Assembly (NCBI GenBank): GCA_014804355.1
Contig: JAAUZY010000006.1
Span: 25,267-89,266 of the forward strand
Reading direction: 5' to 3'
Source of the DNA: Lachnospiraceae bacterium
Lineage (GTDB): Bacteria > Bacillota > Clostridia > Lachnospirales > Lachnospiraceae
DNA: 64,000 nucleotides
The translations under genes were made by a program, and so were the position numbers. The notes below the pieces were generated by a model. The model had not been told where the DNA came from. It was given only the letters and a program-made list of their open reading frames with translations, and did no database searches. Below are positions 29,346-39,302 of this stretch, piece by piece; positions within the stretch are counted from its first letter, which is position 1, and every line of letters starts with the position of its first letter.

Positions 29346-29441
29346 ATGTTTAACAGAAAACAAAGGAAGATTATATCTTCGATCATCATTATAATTGTCG
29401 TGTTGGCAATGATTATTCCGATGATTTTTTCTGCGGTATAA
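29346..29441 (+). CDS. Small membrane protein, 31 aa (MFNRKQRKIISSIIIIIVVLAMIIPMIFSAV)
   Basis: SD GGGAGG, basic N-terminus plus a single TM helix; below the ORF-track cutoff. Confidence 0.7.
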   Translation: MFNRKQRKIISSIIIIIVVLAMIIPMIFSAV

Positions 29442-29500
29442 ATTATACCACTAATTTTATGTTTGAGCAATTTTACATGTGAGAAAGGTTTGGTTATTTC

Positions 29501-30997
29501 ATGAAAAGACTGTCCATGGCGGGTTTGTTGATGATAACAGCGTTGACGGTTTCTACGCTGCCGGTCAATGCCCGGGAAGATAAATTTGAATCAGGAATTT
29601 ATGTGGATGACATGAGTCTGTCCGGTATGACGCTGCAGGAAGCGGAAGATCAGATAGAAACGTATGTTAATTCTTTCGGCGAGGCCCAGATCACGATGAA
29701 TGCAGTCGAAGGCGGCACCATCGTTACGACGGCTTCCGAGCTGGGGCTTAAATGGGGTAACGAAGCGATCCTTAAGGAAGCGGCGAATTTCGGCCGGGAC
29801 GGTGATATCCTGCGATGCTATAAAGAATTGAAGGATTTGGAATATCAGAATAAAGTATATCATGTAAAATTTGATTTTGATAAAAATAAAATCCGGACAT
29901 TAATCGAAGAGAATGCTACACAGTACAACAGGGAAGCAGTCAATGCGACACTGACTAAGACGGAAGAGGGGTTCGATATTACCGAGGGCCAGTCCGGTGT
30001 CATGGTGGATACCGCGGCATCTGTGGATACGGTATATGATTATCTCACAAACGATTGGGACGGTACAAGCTGCACGATCGACTTAGTGATTACCGTGGAA
30101 GAGCCTAAGGGGAATGCTGAAGATCTTGCAAAGGTCAGAGATGTACTCGGAACTTTTACCACCAGTTATTCCACTTCCGGTGGGTCGAGAAGCGCAAATG
30201 TAGCCAATGGCTGCAATCTGATCAACGGTACAACTATGTATCCGGGCGACGAGTTTTCCGCTTATGAGGCGGTGTCTCCTTTTACCGAGGCAAACGGATA
30301 TTATATGGCCGGTTCTTATTTGAACGGGCAGGTGGTAGACAGTCTCGGCGGAGGAATCTGTCAGGTGTCCACGACGCTGTATAATGCTGTTTTATTGTCG
30401 GAATTGGAAGTGACAGAGCGTTACAATCATTCCATGATCGTTACCTACGTGGACCCTTCAGCGGATGCTGCGATTGCAGAATCTTCCGGTAAGGATTTTA
30501 AATTTAAAAACAACTTGGACTATCCTATTTATATAGAAGGTGTTACTACGCCGGACAAACAGATCACTTTTACGATCTATGGTGTGGAGACGAGAGACAG
30601 CAATCGTGAAGTCATCTACGAAAGTGTCGTTCTGGAGCGTACCGTGCCGGATACGGAGGTTATCTATACAAATGAATCTCTGCCTGTAGGCTATTGCTCT
30701 GTGCAGTCGGCGCACATAGGATATAAGGCGCAGTTATGGAAAGTAGTACGTGAAAACGGTGTGGAAGTCAGCAGGGAGCAGGTCAACAGCAGCTCCTATA
30801 TGAAAGCGCCCAGAAGTGCGACGGTAGGTGTTGCTTCACCTGATGAAGGGGCGCGTAATGCCATCATGGCTGCGGTAGCGACTAACAGTATAGATGAAGT
30901 GAAAGCGGTGGCGGGTGCATATAAAGCCGCAGCGGATGCGGCAGCGGCTCAGGCGGCGGCAGACGCAGCAGCACAGGAGGCACCACCGGCAGAGTAG
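29501..30997 (+). CDS. VanW family protein with G5-like C-terminal domain
   Basis: Signal peptide, RSANVANGC, GGGICQVSTTLYNA, ERYNHS, DFKFKN. Confidence 0.88.
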   Translation: MKRLSMAGLLMITALTVSTLPVNAREDKFESGIYVDDMSLSGMTLQEAEDQIETYVNSFGEAQITMNAVEGGTIVTTASELGLKWGNEAILKEAANFGRDGDILRCYKELKDLEYQNKVYHVKFDFDKNKIRTLIEENATQYNREAVNATLTKTEEGFDITEGQSGVMVDTAASVDTVYDYLTNDWDGTSCTIDLVITVEEPKGNAEDLAKVRDVLGTFTTSYSTSGGSRSANVANGCNLINGTTMYPGDEFSAYEAVSPFTEANGYYMAGSYLNGQVVDSLGGGICQVSTTLYNAVLLSELEVTERYNHSMIVTYVDPSADAAIAESSGKDFKFKNNLDYPIYIEGVTTPDKQITFTIYGVETRDSNREVIYESVVLERTVPDTEVIYTNESLPVGYCSVQSAHIGYKAQLWKVVRENGVEVSREQVNSSSYMKAPRSATVGVASPDEGARNAIMAAVATNSIDEVKAVAGAYKAAADAAAAQAAADAAAQEAPPAE

Positions 30998-31034
30998 ACC
31001 AGACCCATCACAATCAGATGTTAGGCACAGAGTC

Positions 31035-32018
31035 ATGAGAAGAGGAAAAATATCGGAGAGCGTGTTGAAACGTTCCGTATTGAAAAAGATCAAAACACAT
31101 AGAGAAGAAGTAATAAATGGCGCAGGTGTAGGGACAGACTGCGCTGTTTTATCGTTGCGGGAAGGATATGAGACTGTGCTTGCGACTACACCCGTGTCGG
31201 CACCGGTCGAGGATCTTAGTACCTATGCCATATCCATGGCGTTAAATAATGTGGCCGTGTCAGGTGCAGAGCCGATTGGCGTGCTGCTTGCGATTCTGCT
31301 GCCGGAAGAGACAGCGGAGTACGACTTGCAGGAATTGATGGAGCGGGCAGAAACCGTCTGCAGTGTGTGCGGCACAGAGATCGTCGGCGGACATACGGAG
31401 GTGACTCCGGTCGTGCGTCGGCCGGTCATGGTGGTGACCGGAGTGGGAAAAAGGCATATTTCCCAGGTGAAATTGTTGCCGGGAGTCGGTCCCGGTCAGG
31501 ATATTGTGGTGAGTAAATGGATCGGTCTGGAAGGAACGATACGGCTGGCAAAGGAGCATGGGGAAGAACTGTGTGCGAGATATCCGGCGCGCATGATTGA
31601 GGAAGCAGCCGCCTTTGACAAGTATCTGTCCATCATACCGGAGGCCGCCACCGCCGTGAAGTCCGGCGTTTGCGGCATGCACGATGTATCCCGGGGCGGT
31701 ATATTCGGTGCCTTGTGGGAGATGGCGCAGCGGGCAGGCGTTGGACTGGAAATAGACTTGAAGAAGATACCGGTGAAGCAGGAAACGATAGAGATATGTG
31801 AATTTTACGGTTTGAATCCCTACGAGCTGTTATCGGGCGGGAGCCTGATCATGACGGCAGAGGACGGCACAGCGCTTGTGAAGGCACTGTCCGAAGAGGA
31901 TATTCCGGCAGTGGTCGTGGGAAGAACGACGGATGGCAATGACCGCGTGATCTATAATGAAGAGGAAAAACGCTATCTGGATAAACCGAAAGAGGATCAG
32001 ATCTATATGGTAGATTAA
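31035..32018 (+). CDS. AIR synthase-related (HypE/ThiL/PurM-like) protein
   Basis: GAGVGTDCA, NNVAVSGAEP, IVGGHTEVT, HDVSRGGIFGAL. Confidence 0.8.
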   Translation: MRRGKISESVLKRSVLKKIKTHREEVINGAGVGTDCAVLSLREGYETVLATTPVSAPVEDLSTYAISMALNNVAVSGAEPIGVLLAILLPEETAEYDLQELMERAETVCSVCGTEIVGGHTEVTPVVRRPVMVVTGVGKRHISQVKLLPGVGPGQDIVVSKWIGLEGTIRLAKEHGEELCARYPARMIEEAAAFDKYLSIIPEAATAVKSGVCGMHDVSRGGIFGALWEMAQRAGVGLEIDLKKIPVKQETIEICEFYGLNPYELLSGGSLIMTAEDGTALVKALSEEDIPAVVVGRTTDGNDRVIYNEEEKRYLDKPKEDQIYMVD

Positions 32019-32036
32019 TGGGAATATAAGGAGGAT

Positions 32037-32528
32037 ATGATCAGAATGAGAGAAGAATTATTAGCGATCGTAGAGAGAAACAGCCGCATTGATTTAAAAG
32101 AGCTGGCAGTTATATTAGGTGTGGAGGAGATTGATGTAGTCAATGAACTGGCAGCATTGGAAGCAGAGGGTATTATCTGTGGTTACCATACGATGATCGA
32201 CTGGGAGAAGACTTCCATAGAGAAAGTTTCCGCATTGATCGAGGTGCGGGTGACACCGCAGCGCGGACAGGGTTTTGACAATATTGCCGAGCGGATCTAT
32301 AAATATCCGGAGGTAACTTCCGTATATCTTATTTCCGGCGGTTATGATCTGCTGGTTACTTTAGAAGGAAAATCCTTAAAAGAAATCTCGGGCTTTGTGT
32401 CTGATAAGTTATCAACGCTGGAATCCGTCTTGAGCACGGCGACCCATTTTATATTAAAAAAATATAAAGATCATGGCACAATATTGGCTAGGAAGTATGA
32501 AGATACAAGAGAGAAGGTGACACCGTGA
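32037..32528 (+). CDS. Lrp/AsnC family transcriptional regulator
   Basis: N-terminal HTH, SVYLISGGYDLLV. Confidence 0.88.
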   Translation: MIRMREELLAIVERNSRIDLKELAVILGVEEIDVVNELAALEAEGIICGYHTMIDWEKTSIEKVSALIEVRVTPQRGQGFDNIAERIYKYPEVTSVYLISGGYDLLVTLEGKSLKEISGFVSDKLSTLESVLSTATHFILKKYKDHGTILARKYEDTREKVTP

Positions 32529-33697
32529 GAAATATGTTATCAAATAAAGCAGTAGCGCTGAAACCTTCCGGTATTCGAAAATTTTTTGACATTGTGAGCG
32601 AGATGGACGATGCGATCTCTCTCGGTGTAGGTGAGCCGGATTTTGATACCCCGTGGCATATCAGGGACGAGGGCATCTATTCGCTGGAGAAAGGGCGTAC
32701 TTTCTACACTTCCAATGCAGGACTGAAGGAATTGAAAGAAGAGATCTGTCATTATACCAAGAGGAAACAAGGTGTTACATATGACCCGGCGCACGAGGTT
32801 CTGGTTACCGTGGGAGGCTCCGAGGCGATCGATATCGGCCTGCGTGCGGTTGTCAATCCCGGTGACGAGGTACTGATTCCGCAGCCCAGCTTCGTGTCCT
32901 ATGAGCCATGCGCGATTATGGCGGGTGCCGTGCCGGTCATTATTGAATTGAAAGCGGAGAATGAATTCCGCCTGACGGCACAGGAATTGGAAAGTGCCAT
33001 CACCGATAAGACGAAGATGTTGGTACTTCCCTTCCCGAACAATCCCACCGGTGCCATTATGGAGCGGGAGGATTTGGAGGCCATTGCAGAGGTGATCCGA
33101 AAACATGACATACTTGTCATGTCTGACGAGATTTATGCGGAGCTGACTTATAAAGAGAAACATGTATCCATTATAGAGATTGAAGGTATGCGGGAGAGGA
33201 CGATCCTGATCAACGGCTTCTCCAAAGCCTTCGCCATGACCGGGTGGAGACTGGGTTATGCCTGCGGACCGAGGGAGATCATCGAGCAGATGGTGAAGCT
33301 TCATCAGTTCGCGATCATGTGTGCGCCCACCACAAGCCAGTATGCCGCGGTGGAAGCGCTCCGAAACGGAGAGGACGATGTGCAGGAAATGCGCACGGCT
33401 TATAACCAGAGAAGGCGCTATCTGATGAATGCCTTCCGCGAGATGAAGCTGGAATGCTTCGAGCCCTTCGGTGCTTTTTATGTGTTTCCATGCATTAAGG
33501 AATTTGGCATGACCAGCGAAGAATTTGCCAACAGATTTCTGACGGAAGAGAAGGTTGCCGTAGTACCCGGTACAGCCTTCGGTGACTGTGGGGAGGGGTA
33601 TTTGCGGATATCCTATGCGTACTCGCTGGATAATCTCAAGTTGGCCATTGGGAAATTGGCGGATTTTGTACAGAGACTGCGAAGCGAATCTAAATAG
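32525..33697 (+). CDS. PLP-dependent aminotransferase class I/II
   Basis: SLGVGEPDF, NNPTG, SDEIY, GFSKAFAMTGWRLGY, YLRISYA. Confidence 0.93.
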   Translation: MRNMLSNKAVALKPSGIRKFFDIVSEMDDAISLGVGEPDFDTPWHIRDEGIYSLEKGRTFYTSNAGLKELKEEICHYTKRKQGVTYDPAHEVLVTVGGSEAIDIGLRAVVNPGDEVLIPQPSFVSYEPCAIMAGAVPVIIELKAENEFRLTAQELESAITDKTKMLVLPFPNNPTGAIMEREDLEAIAEVIRKHDILVMSDEIYAELTYKEKHVSIIEIEGMRERTILINGFSKAFAMTGWRLGYACGPREIIEQMVKLHQFAIMCAPTTSQYAAVEALRNGEDDVQEMRTAYNQRRRYLMNAFREMKLECFEPFGAFYVFPCIKEFGMTSEEFANRFLTEEKVAVVPGTAFGDCGEGYLRISYAYSLDNLKLAIGKLADFVQRLRSESK

Positions 33698-33718
33698 ATA
33701 TTTGATGGAGAGAATATC

Positions 33719-34213
33719 ATGCATATTATACTGCATCAGCCCGAAATCCCGGCTAATACCGGCAATATCGGCCGTACCTGTGTTGCCACAGGTACGAGCC
33801 TTCACTTGATCGAGCCACTGGGTTTCCGCCTGGATGAGAAATCAATTAAACGATCCGGTATGGATTATTGGGAGCATTTGGATGTTACCAGATATATGAA
33901 TTATCAGGAGTTTCGGGAGAAGCACCCCGATGCCAAGATCTGGATGGCTACCACGAAAGCGAAGCGCGTCTATACAGATGCAGCTTTTGCCCCGGATGAC
34001 TATATAATGTTCGGTAAGGAGAGCGGCGGCATCCCGGAGGAAATTCTGGTAGAAAATGAAGAGACCTGTATCCGCATTCCTATGTTGGAGCAGATCAGGT
34101 CTCTAAACTTATCTAATTCTGTGGCGATCGTGCTGTATGAAGCGCTTCGCCAGAATCAATTCGACGGTATGCTAAAGGCAGGGGAGCTGCACCGCCTGCA
34201 CTGGAAAAACTAG
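33719..34213 (+). CDS. trmL: tRNA (cytidine(34)-2'-O)-methyltransferase
   Basis: PEIPANTGNIGRTC, FGKESGG, RSLNLSNS. Confidence 0.9.
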   Translation: MHIILHQPEIPANTGNIGRTCVATGTSLHLIEPLGFRLDEKSIKRSGMDYWEHLDVTRYMNYQEFREKHPDAKIWMATTKAKRVYTDAAFAPDDYIMFGKESGGIPEEILVENEETCIRIPMLEQIRSLNLSNSVAIVLYEALRQNQFDGMLKAGELHRLHWKN

Positions 34214-34216
34214 CGC

Positions 34217-35641
34217 TCAGTCATCGTCCTCCACGTCTGATTTAGACAAGGAGAAGATGAATTCGGTTCCTACACCCTCAGTGCTGATCACGTTGATATT
34301 TTCGCCGTGGGAGCGGATGATCTCTTTCGTGATGGACAATCCCAGTCCTGTGCCCTTTTTATCTTTACCGCGGGAGAGATCGGATTTATAGAATCTGTCC
34401 CAGATCAGCTTCAGATCGTCCTTCGGAATACCGATGCCGGAATCCTTGACGCTGACGAATACTTTGTTGTGCTTCTCTGTCGTCTCTATCTTGATTACGG
34501 AATCGTGATGGCTGAACTTAATGGCGTTATCTAACAGGTTGTAGAGCACCTGCTGAATCTTATCCACATCGGCTACCACATACATCTCATCGCCTGTCAG
34601 TACCAGTTCGATGGCGATCGTCTTGGCACGGCATGTGCCTTCGAAAGAAGCCGCTACGTTGCGGATCGTCCTGTTAATATCGAAATCAACCTTATTCAGC
34701 ATGATCCCTTTTGTATTCAGATTATTAAGTGTCAGAAGGCTGTTAGTCAGTTTCCGCAGACGTTCTGTTTCGTTTAAAAGGATCGTAAGATATTTCTCGT
34801 GCATTTCCGGTGGGATCGTTCCGTCGATCATCGCTTCCAGATACCCCTTGATGGAAGTCAGCGGGGAACGGAAATCATGGGAAACATTGGCAACGAACTT
34901 CTTCTGGTCGTCCTCGGAACGTGCAATTTCACTGGCCATATAGGACAGCGTTGCTGCCAGATAGCCCATCTCATCTTCGCTTTCTACACTGAATTCATAA
35001 TGCATGTTACCGCTGGCATACTGCTCCGTTGCTTCCGTGATCTTGCGAAGCGGAATGTAGACGATCTCCGTGAAGAAGATCAGGATAATAAGTGATAACA
35101 GAAACAAAATGACCAGCATGATATAGGAGATCGTAAGCAAGTTATCGGCCTCTTTAATAATACCTGATATGGAACTGTGAATCACCACATATCCTTTGAC
35201 CTTATAGTCGGAGGTGATGGGCGCGAACACACTCAGCATATCTTCGTCGAATGTATTAAAAAAGTTGCCGATTGTATAATAGGAACCTGCCGTAACGGTG
35301 GGATCAAAGTTTTCAATCACGATCTCATTTTCCACATCCAGAGGAGCGGAAGAGTCTAAGATCAGACGACCGGATGGATTGATGATCCATAACGTAGCGT
35401 TTAGGTAGGTGTCCAATGCGTCCAACTGTGATTTGACGACTTCAAGAGATACTTCATTATTGTACAGCCCGCTCGCATAGGTGTTGGCGATCAGTGTTGC
35501 CTCCCGGTAGAGAGAATCTGCCTGCTGCTTCTTCAGATGATCCGTAGTCATATTGGAAACAAAGGTTGCCACAACTACGAAACCAAACCAACCAAAAATG
35601 ATGTAGGCAATTATAAATTTGAGATATAGTGTTTTCCTCAT
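34217..35641 (-). CDS. HAMP-domain sensor histidine kinase
   Basis: Two TM segments, HAMP, VSHDFRSPL, NLLDNAIKF, DSGIGI, GTGLGL. Confidence 0.92.
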   Translation of the reverse strand: MRKTLYLKFIIAYIIFGWFGFVVVATFVSNMTTDHLKKQQADSLYREATLIANTYASGLYNNEVSLEVVKSQLDALDTYLNATLWIINPSGRLILDSSAPLDVENEIVIENFDPTVTAGSYYTIGNFFNTFDEDMLSVFAPITSDYKVKGYVVIHSSISGIIKEADNLLTISYIMLVILFLLSLIILIFFTEIVYIPLRKITEATEQYASGNMHYEFSVESEDEMGYLAATLSYMASEIARSEDDQKKFVANVSHDFRSPLTSIKGYLEAMIDGTIPPEMHEKYLTILLNETERLRKLTNSLLTLNNLNTKGIMLNKVDFDINRTIRNVAASFEGTCRAKTIAIELVLTGDEMYVVADVDKIQQVLYNLLDNAIKFSHHDSVIKIETTEKHNKVFVSVKDSGIGIPKDDLKLIWDRFYKSDLSRGKDKKGTGLGLSITKEIIRSHGENINVISTEGVGTEFIFSLSKSDVEDDD

Positions 35642-35652
35642 ATAATATTTTC

Positions 35653-36351
35653 CTACCTGGATTCAAATTTGTAGCCAATACCCCAGATTGTGGCGATACG
35701 CCACCTTTCATGGTCATTGATCTTCTCGCGGAGACGCTTAATATGTACGTCTACGGTGCGGGTGTCGCCGATATACTCATAACCCCAGATCTGATCCAGA
35801 AGCTGCTCTCTCGTAAATACATGATTCGGCGAGGAAGCCAGAAAATATAACAGCTCCAGTTCTTTGGGCGGCATTTCGATTGTTTTACCCATATAGACAA
35901 CGGAATAGTTTGTCTGGTTAATGACAAGATCGGGGTATTCCACGCTCTTTATGTCGGAAGCTTTGGGTTCCGCAGCGGCAGGCTTGTACCGGCGCAGAAC
36001 GGCTTTGACTCTGGCAACCAGCTCTTTGGAGTCAAAGGGCTTCTCCATGTAATCGTCAGCGCCCAATTCCAGACCGAGCACTTTATCAAAGACTTCGCCT
36101 TTGGCGGACAGCATAATAATGGGCAACGTGGATTTGGAACGAATCTCACGGCAGACCTGATAACCGTCGATGCCAGGAAGCATCAGATCAAGAAGCATCA
36201 GATTCGGCTCGAAGCTGTCCACTGCGCTGAGTGCCGATTCACCGTCGTTGACGATCATCGTCTCGAAACACTCTTTCGTCAGGTAAAGGGAGATTAGCTC
36301 CGCAATATTGTTGTCGTCGTCTACAATTAAAATTTTCTGTTTGTTTACCAT
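35653..36351 (-). CDS. OmpR family response regulator
   Basis: ILIVDDD, LLDLMLPG, GADDY, RTVDVHIKRLR, IWGIGYKF. Confidence 0.93.
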   Translation of the reverse strand: MVNKQKILIVDDDNNIAELISLYLTKECFETMIVNDGESALSAVDSFEPNLMLLDLMLPGIDGYQVCREIRSKSTLPIIMLSAKGEVFDKVLGLELGADDYMEKPFDSKELVARVKAVLRRYKPAAAEPKASDIKSVEYPDLVINQTNYSVVYMGKTIEMPPKELELLYFLASSPNHVFTREQLLDQIWGYEYIGDTRTVDVHIKRLREKINDHERWRIATIWGIGYKFESR

Positions 36352-36431
36352 ATTTACTTTGTATGATGTTTGCAGAAACAAAGCATCATGTTCCCTTTCT
36401 TTATTTTTATGAGAAATTGCTTATTCTTGCA

Positions 36432-36473
36432 CGAGTTTGCGAAGCAAATCTCGCAATCGAGCGTAGCTCGATT
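36432..36473. repeat. Two adjacent GNA-triloop mini-hairpins; the first is copy 2 of the dispersed repeat
   Basis: CGAGTTTGC-GAA-GCAAATCTCG and AATCGAGC-GTA-GCTCGATT. Confidence 0.6.
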
Positions 36474-36733
36474 TTGTATAGGAAATTCTGCGGTATATAT
36501 AAAATTATATGCGCTGGGATGTCCAAACGTCAACTCCAACAGTTCTATCGCTATATTTTATTGCTTGTAAGTAGCCATACATAGAAAAACCACCCCAAAA
36601 CTTTGACCGGTAGCGGGGTGGATTTTCTACTCTATATATTAGGTCAACCCACCTTGTGGGCGGTTGTTCCTTTTATGGGTATAATATAGCATACAGCTGT
36701 TTTTTCAAGAGCCTTGTACTTTTCAAGTCAGCG

Positions 36734-37702
36734 CTAAATTTTCCGCACTGGCCGTACATATTTCCAAAATCGTTTTGGATCATGATAAAAGTAAAACACT
36801 CTGCCCGGAGTGGTATCCAGACAATAACCGGCGGCAGCATAATCAAATGTTTTCATGGCTGCTTCGATCTTTTCTTCCACACTGCTGTTCTCCTTCTCTA
36901 AGTCAAAGGGTCCGTGCTCGAAAACGATATATTCCGCTTCCGGAACATCGACCATAAGCATTTGCTCAGGTATATCGCCGCTATAGTCGATCGGAAGACG
37001 TACACCGTAGCATTCTGCGAGAGGAATCCCCCAGCTGCAGATTCTGCCGGTCGGCTCATTTATAAATGCCATAATCTGACCGCTTCCGCTATTCGCCTCA
37101 CTGTCTCCCATATCGTCTAATTTACCCTTTATACTGTCGAGTAAACCACAGATCGTTTCACAATCCTGCCCCGGAATAAGACTCTGTTTCTGCCAAAAGT
37201 CCCAGTATCCAATGCTCTCATAATTTTTAATGTGTAAAAATTTGTGTGCCGGAATCGTTACAAAATAAGTTTTTACATCCTTTGCAGATTTCTCCATACC
37301 GCATCCTCCAATGCTTAATAAGTAACAGTCGAAAGGTTTTATGATCGTACGAAGTGCGACAGGTCTTGGATTATGACGATATTCACTTGGGGTAATGCTA
37401 TAGGCTTCCTTAAATGCGCGCGTAAAAGCTTCATGGGAAGAAAACCCATACTTCACAGCAATATCCAATATCGAATTGTCGGTATCTCTGATTTCTTTCA
37501 GCGCAAAAGCTAATCTTCGATACCGCAGATAATCCCTGAACTGCATACCCGAGATTTCTCTGAATTTTCTTGAGATATGACATTCGGAATATCCTAATTT
37601 ATCGGAAAGACAGCTCAGTGACAATGCTTCATCATCGTTCCTTCTAATACATATGTCTATCTCTTCGATCATAATTTGTATCTGCTTCTGCCATTCGTAC
37701 AT
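36734..37702 (-). CDS. AraC family regulator (N-terminal HTH) with GyrI-like effector-binding domain
   Basis: LGYSECHISRKF, IAVKYGFSSHEAFTRAF, YIVFEHGPF. Confidence 0.82.
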   Translation of the reverse strand: MYEWQKQIQIMIEEIDICIRRNDDEALSLSCLSDKLGYSECHISRKFREISGMQFRDYLRYRRLAFALKEIRDTDNSILDIAVKYGFSSHEAFTRAFKEAYSITPSEYRHNPRPVALRTIIKPFDCYLLSIGGCGMEKSAKDVKTYFVTIPAHKFLHIKNYESIGYWDFWQKQSLIPGQDCETICGLLDSIKGKLDDMGDSEANSGSGQIMAFINEPTGRICSWGIPLAECYGVRLPIDYSGDIPEQMLMVDVPEAEYIVFEHGPFDLEKENSSVEEKIEAAMKTFDYAAAGYCLDTTPGRVFYFYHDPKRFWKYVRPVRKI

Positions 37703-37807
37703 CTTTATTTAACCTCGTCCCGACCGTCCTGCATTTATTATACGGATTTGAAAAGGTGTCCGCTTGATTTTAGTTGCGGAAAGTCAAATTCTATTATCAA
37801 ATACATA

Positions 37808-38656
37808 TTAACAATCCATTATATATGTATGAATCACATTCAAAACATCGCTCAACACATCATTCCATCCCAAATCACCCACAAAATAGTTCTTTTTCCT
37901 GAACTGTTCCCACATATTCGCCATTCCCGCATTTTTTCCTATCATTGTAAGAATTTCTAACATTTCCTCTCTTGAGAATATGGTTTCTCTCTTCTTACAG
38001 GTTGCACGAAATGCTTTCGAAAGAAGTTCTTTGTCCACCTCTGTAGCACATATTTTCATAATTTCATATACATCATAAAAATCTCTTAGTCTGGTATTTG
38101 CAATTCCCCTTGTAAAAATTGTCTGTATTTTTTCTGCAAGCAATGTCTCCACATTATACGTAAGAAGCAAAATTGTTCTGTCTTCAAACATTAGCTTATA
38201 TTCATATTCTACTGCAGATGGGGTAATCACATCATCCGTTGAAATATCAATCTTGATAACCTGTCTCATTCGTTCTAATGTAGCTTCAAGAATCACTCTG
38301 ACGCCGGGATATTCAAAATCGGTCATAATATCTGATACAGAAGTAATGCGGAAATTAACACCATCTTCCAGCGGGACAGCACATATTTCAGAAACAATCC
38401 TCTGTGCATCGTTCGCATTCACCGGAAGGGATTTAACTGTGGCATCAATATCCATGGTAGCCCTCATATCAACACCTATGATGGAGGCAACAAGCATACC
38501 TCCTTTTAGAATAAAATAGTTACAGTAATCAGACACAGATACTCGTTCCAAGAAACGCTCCATAATATAACTTCTAATCAGGCTCTTTGCTATATTGTTG
38601 TCCCCTTTTGAAATATTCCGCACCTTATCTTTTAGCTGTTTCGATGTATGGATCAT
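37808..38656 (-). CDS. AbiEii family nucleotidyltransferase toxin (type IV TA)
   Basis: FILKGGML, RATMDID, AEKIQT, TRLRDFYD; ATGA overlap with the upstream antitoxin. Confidence 0.88.
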   Translation of the reverse strand: MIHTSKQLKDKVRNISKGDNNIAKSLIRSYIMERFLERVSVSDYCNYFILKGGMLVASIIGVDMRATMDIDATVKSLPVNANDAQRIVSEICAVPLEDGVNFRITSVSDIMTDFEYPGVRVILEATLERMRQVIKIDISTDDVITPSAVEYEYKLMFEDRTILLLTYNVETLLAEKIQTIFTRGIANTRLRDFYDVYEIMKICATEVDKELLSKAFRATCKKRETIFSREEMLEILTMIGKNAGMANMWEQFRKKNYFVGDLGWNDVLSDVLNVIHTYIMDC

Positions 38657-39246
38657 CCAAATACCTCCACATATTTCATCACTTCATCTCTCATTCCAAG
38701 CTTTTCTGCATATTCAATCAACTTAGATAATTTCTTGCCTTTTTCTAACATATACTCTTTCATAGCAGTTTGGAAATTCTGTACTTCTATTTTACTTCTG
38801 TCCGAAATCAAGTCGCATATACACCGTTCTTTATCATAAACTCTAACCATATTTCCACTCGTTGAAGGCACCGTACATACTCCAAGCCGGTAGCTATTTT
38901 TTGATTCATATCTTACCTGCACATTACCTGTTTTTAAATGAGTAGCGTTATAGCCTGTCGGTACAGAAACAAAAATCGCTGAATATTCCCTGTCTATTAA
39001 ACCATGAAGATGTAGCGCCGTTTCACCCGAAAAAATAACTGCCGCATTTCGCACTTGCATAATATATAATTCATCCGGCCACACATCCTCTGTAATATAT
39101 ATACCTCTTGCTACTCTTTCTAAATCATTTTCTTTTACATATTTTGCCAGAAATGTTTTTGATATATTTTTCTCTATTACCATAGATGAAAGCAGATATC
39201 CATTATTTTCCTCTATCAAGTGTTGCAAAATTTTATTTTTGTTCAT
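38653..39246 (-). CDS. AbiEi family antitoxin (type IV TA)
   Basis: LERVARGIY, FSGETALHLHGL, YDKERCICD; SD GAGGTG. Confidence 0.85.
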   Translation of the reverse strand: MNKNKILQHLIEENNGYLLSSMVIEKNISKTFLAKYVKENDLERVARGIYITEDVWPDELYIMQVRNAAVIFSGETALHLHGLIDREYSAIFVSVPTGYNATHLKTGNVQVRYESKNSYRLGVCTVPSTSGNMVRVYDKERCICDLISDRSKIEVQNFQTAMKEYMLEKGKKLSKLIEYAEKLGMRDEVMKYVEVFG

Positions 39247-39260
39247 GTGCCGCACCTCAT

Positions 39261-39302
39261 TACTTTCTCGCTTAAATAATACTATTTTTGAGCGAGAAAG
39301 TA
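39261..39302. promoter_or_regulatory. abiE promoter inverted repeat (autoregulatory operator)
   Basis: TACTTTCTCGCTTAAA-N10-TTTGAGCGAGAAAGTA, 15/16 complementary; minus-strand -10-like TAGTAT lies in the loop. Confidence 0.75.

Noticed and set aside
32540-33805. 421-aa antisense ORF over the aminotransferase
   Set aside because: Exact antisense shadow of a well-conserved gene, with no recognisable motifs or SD; explained by codon bias.
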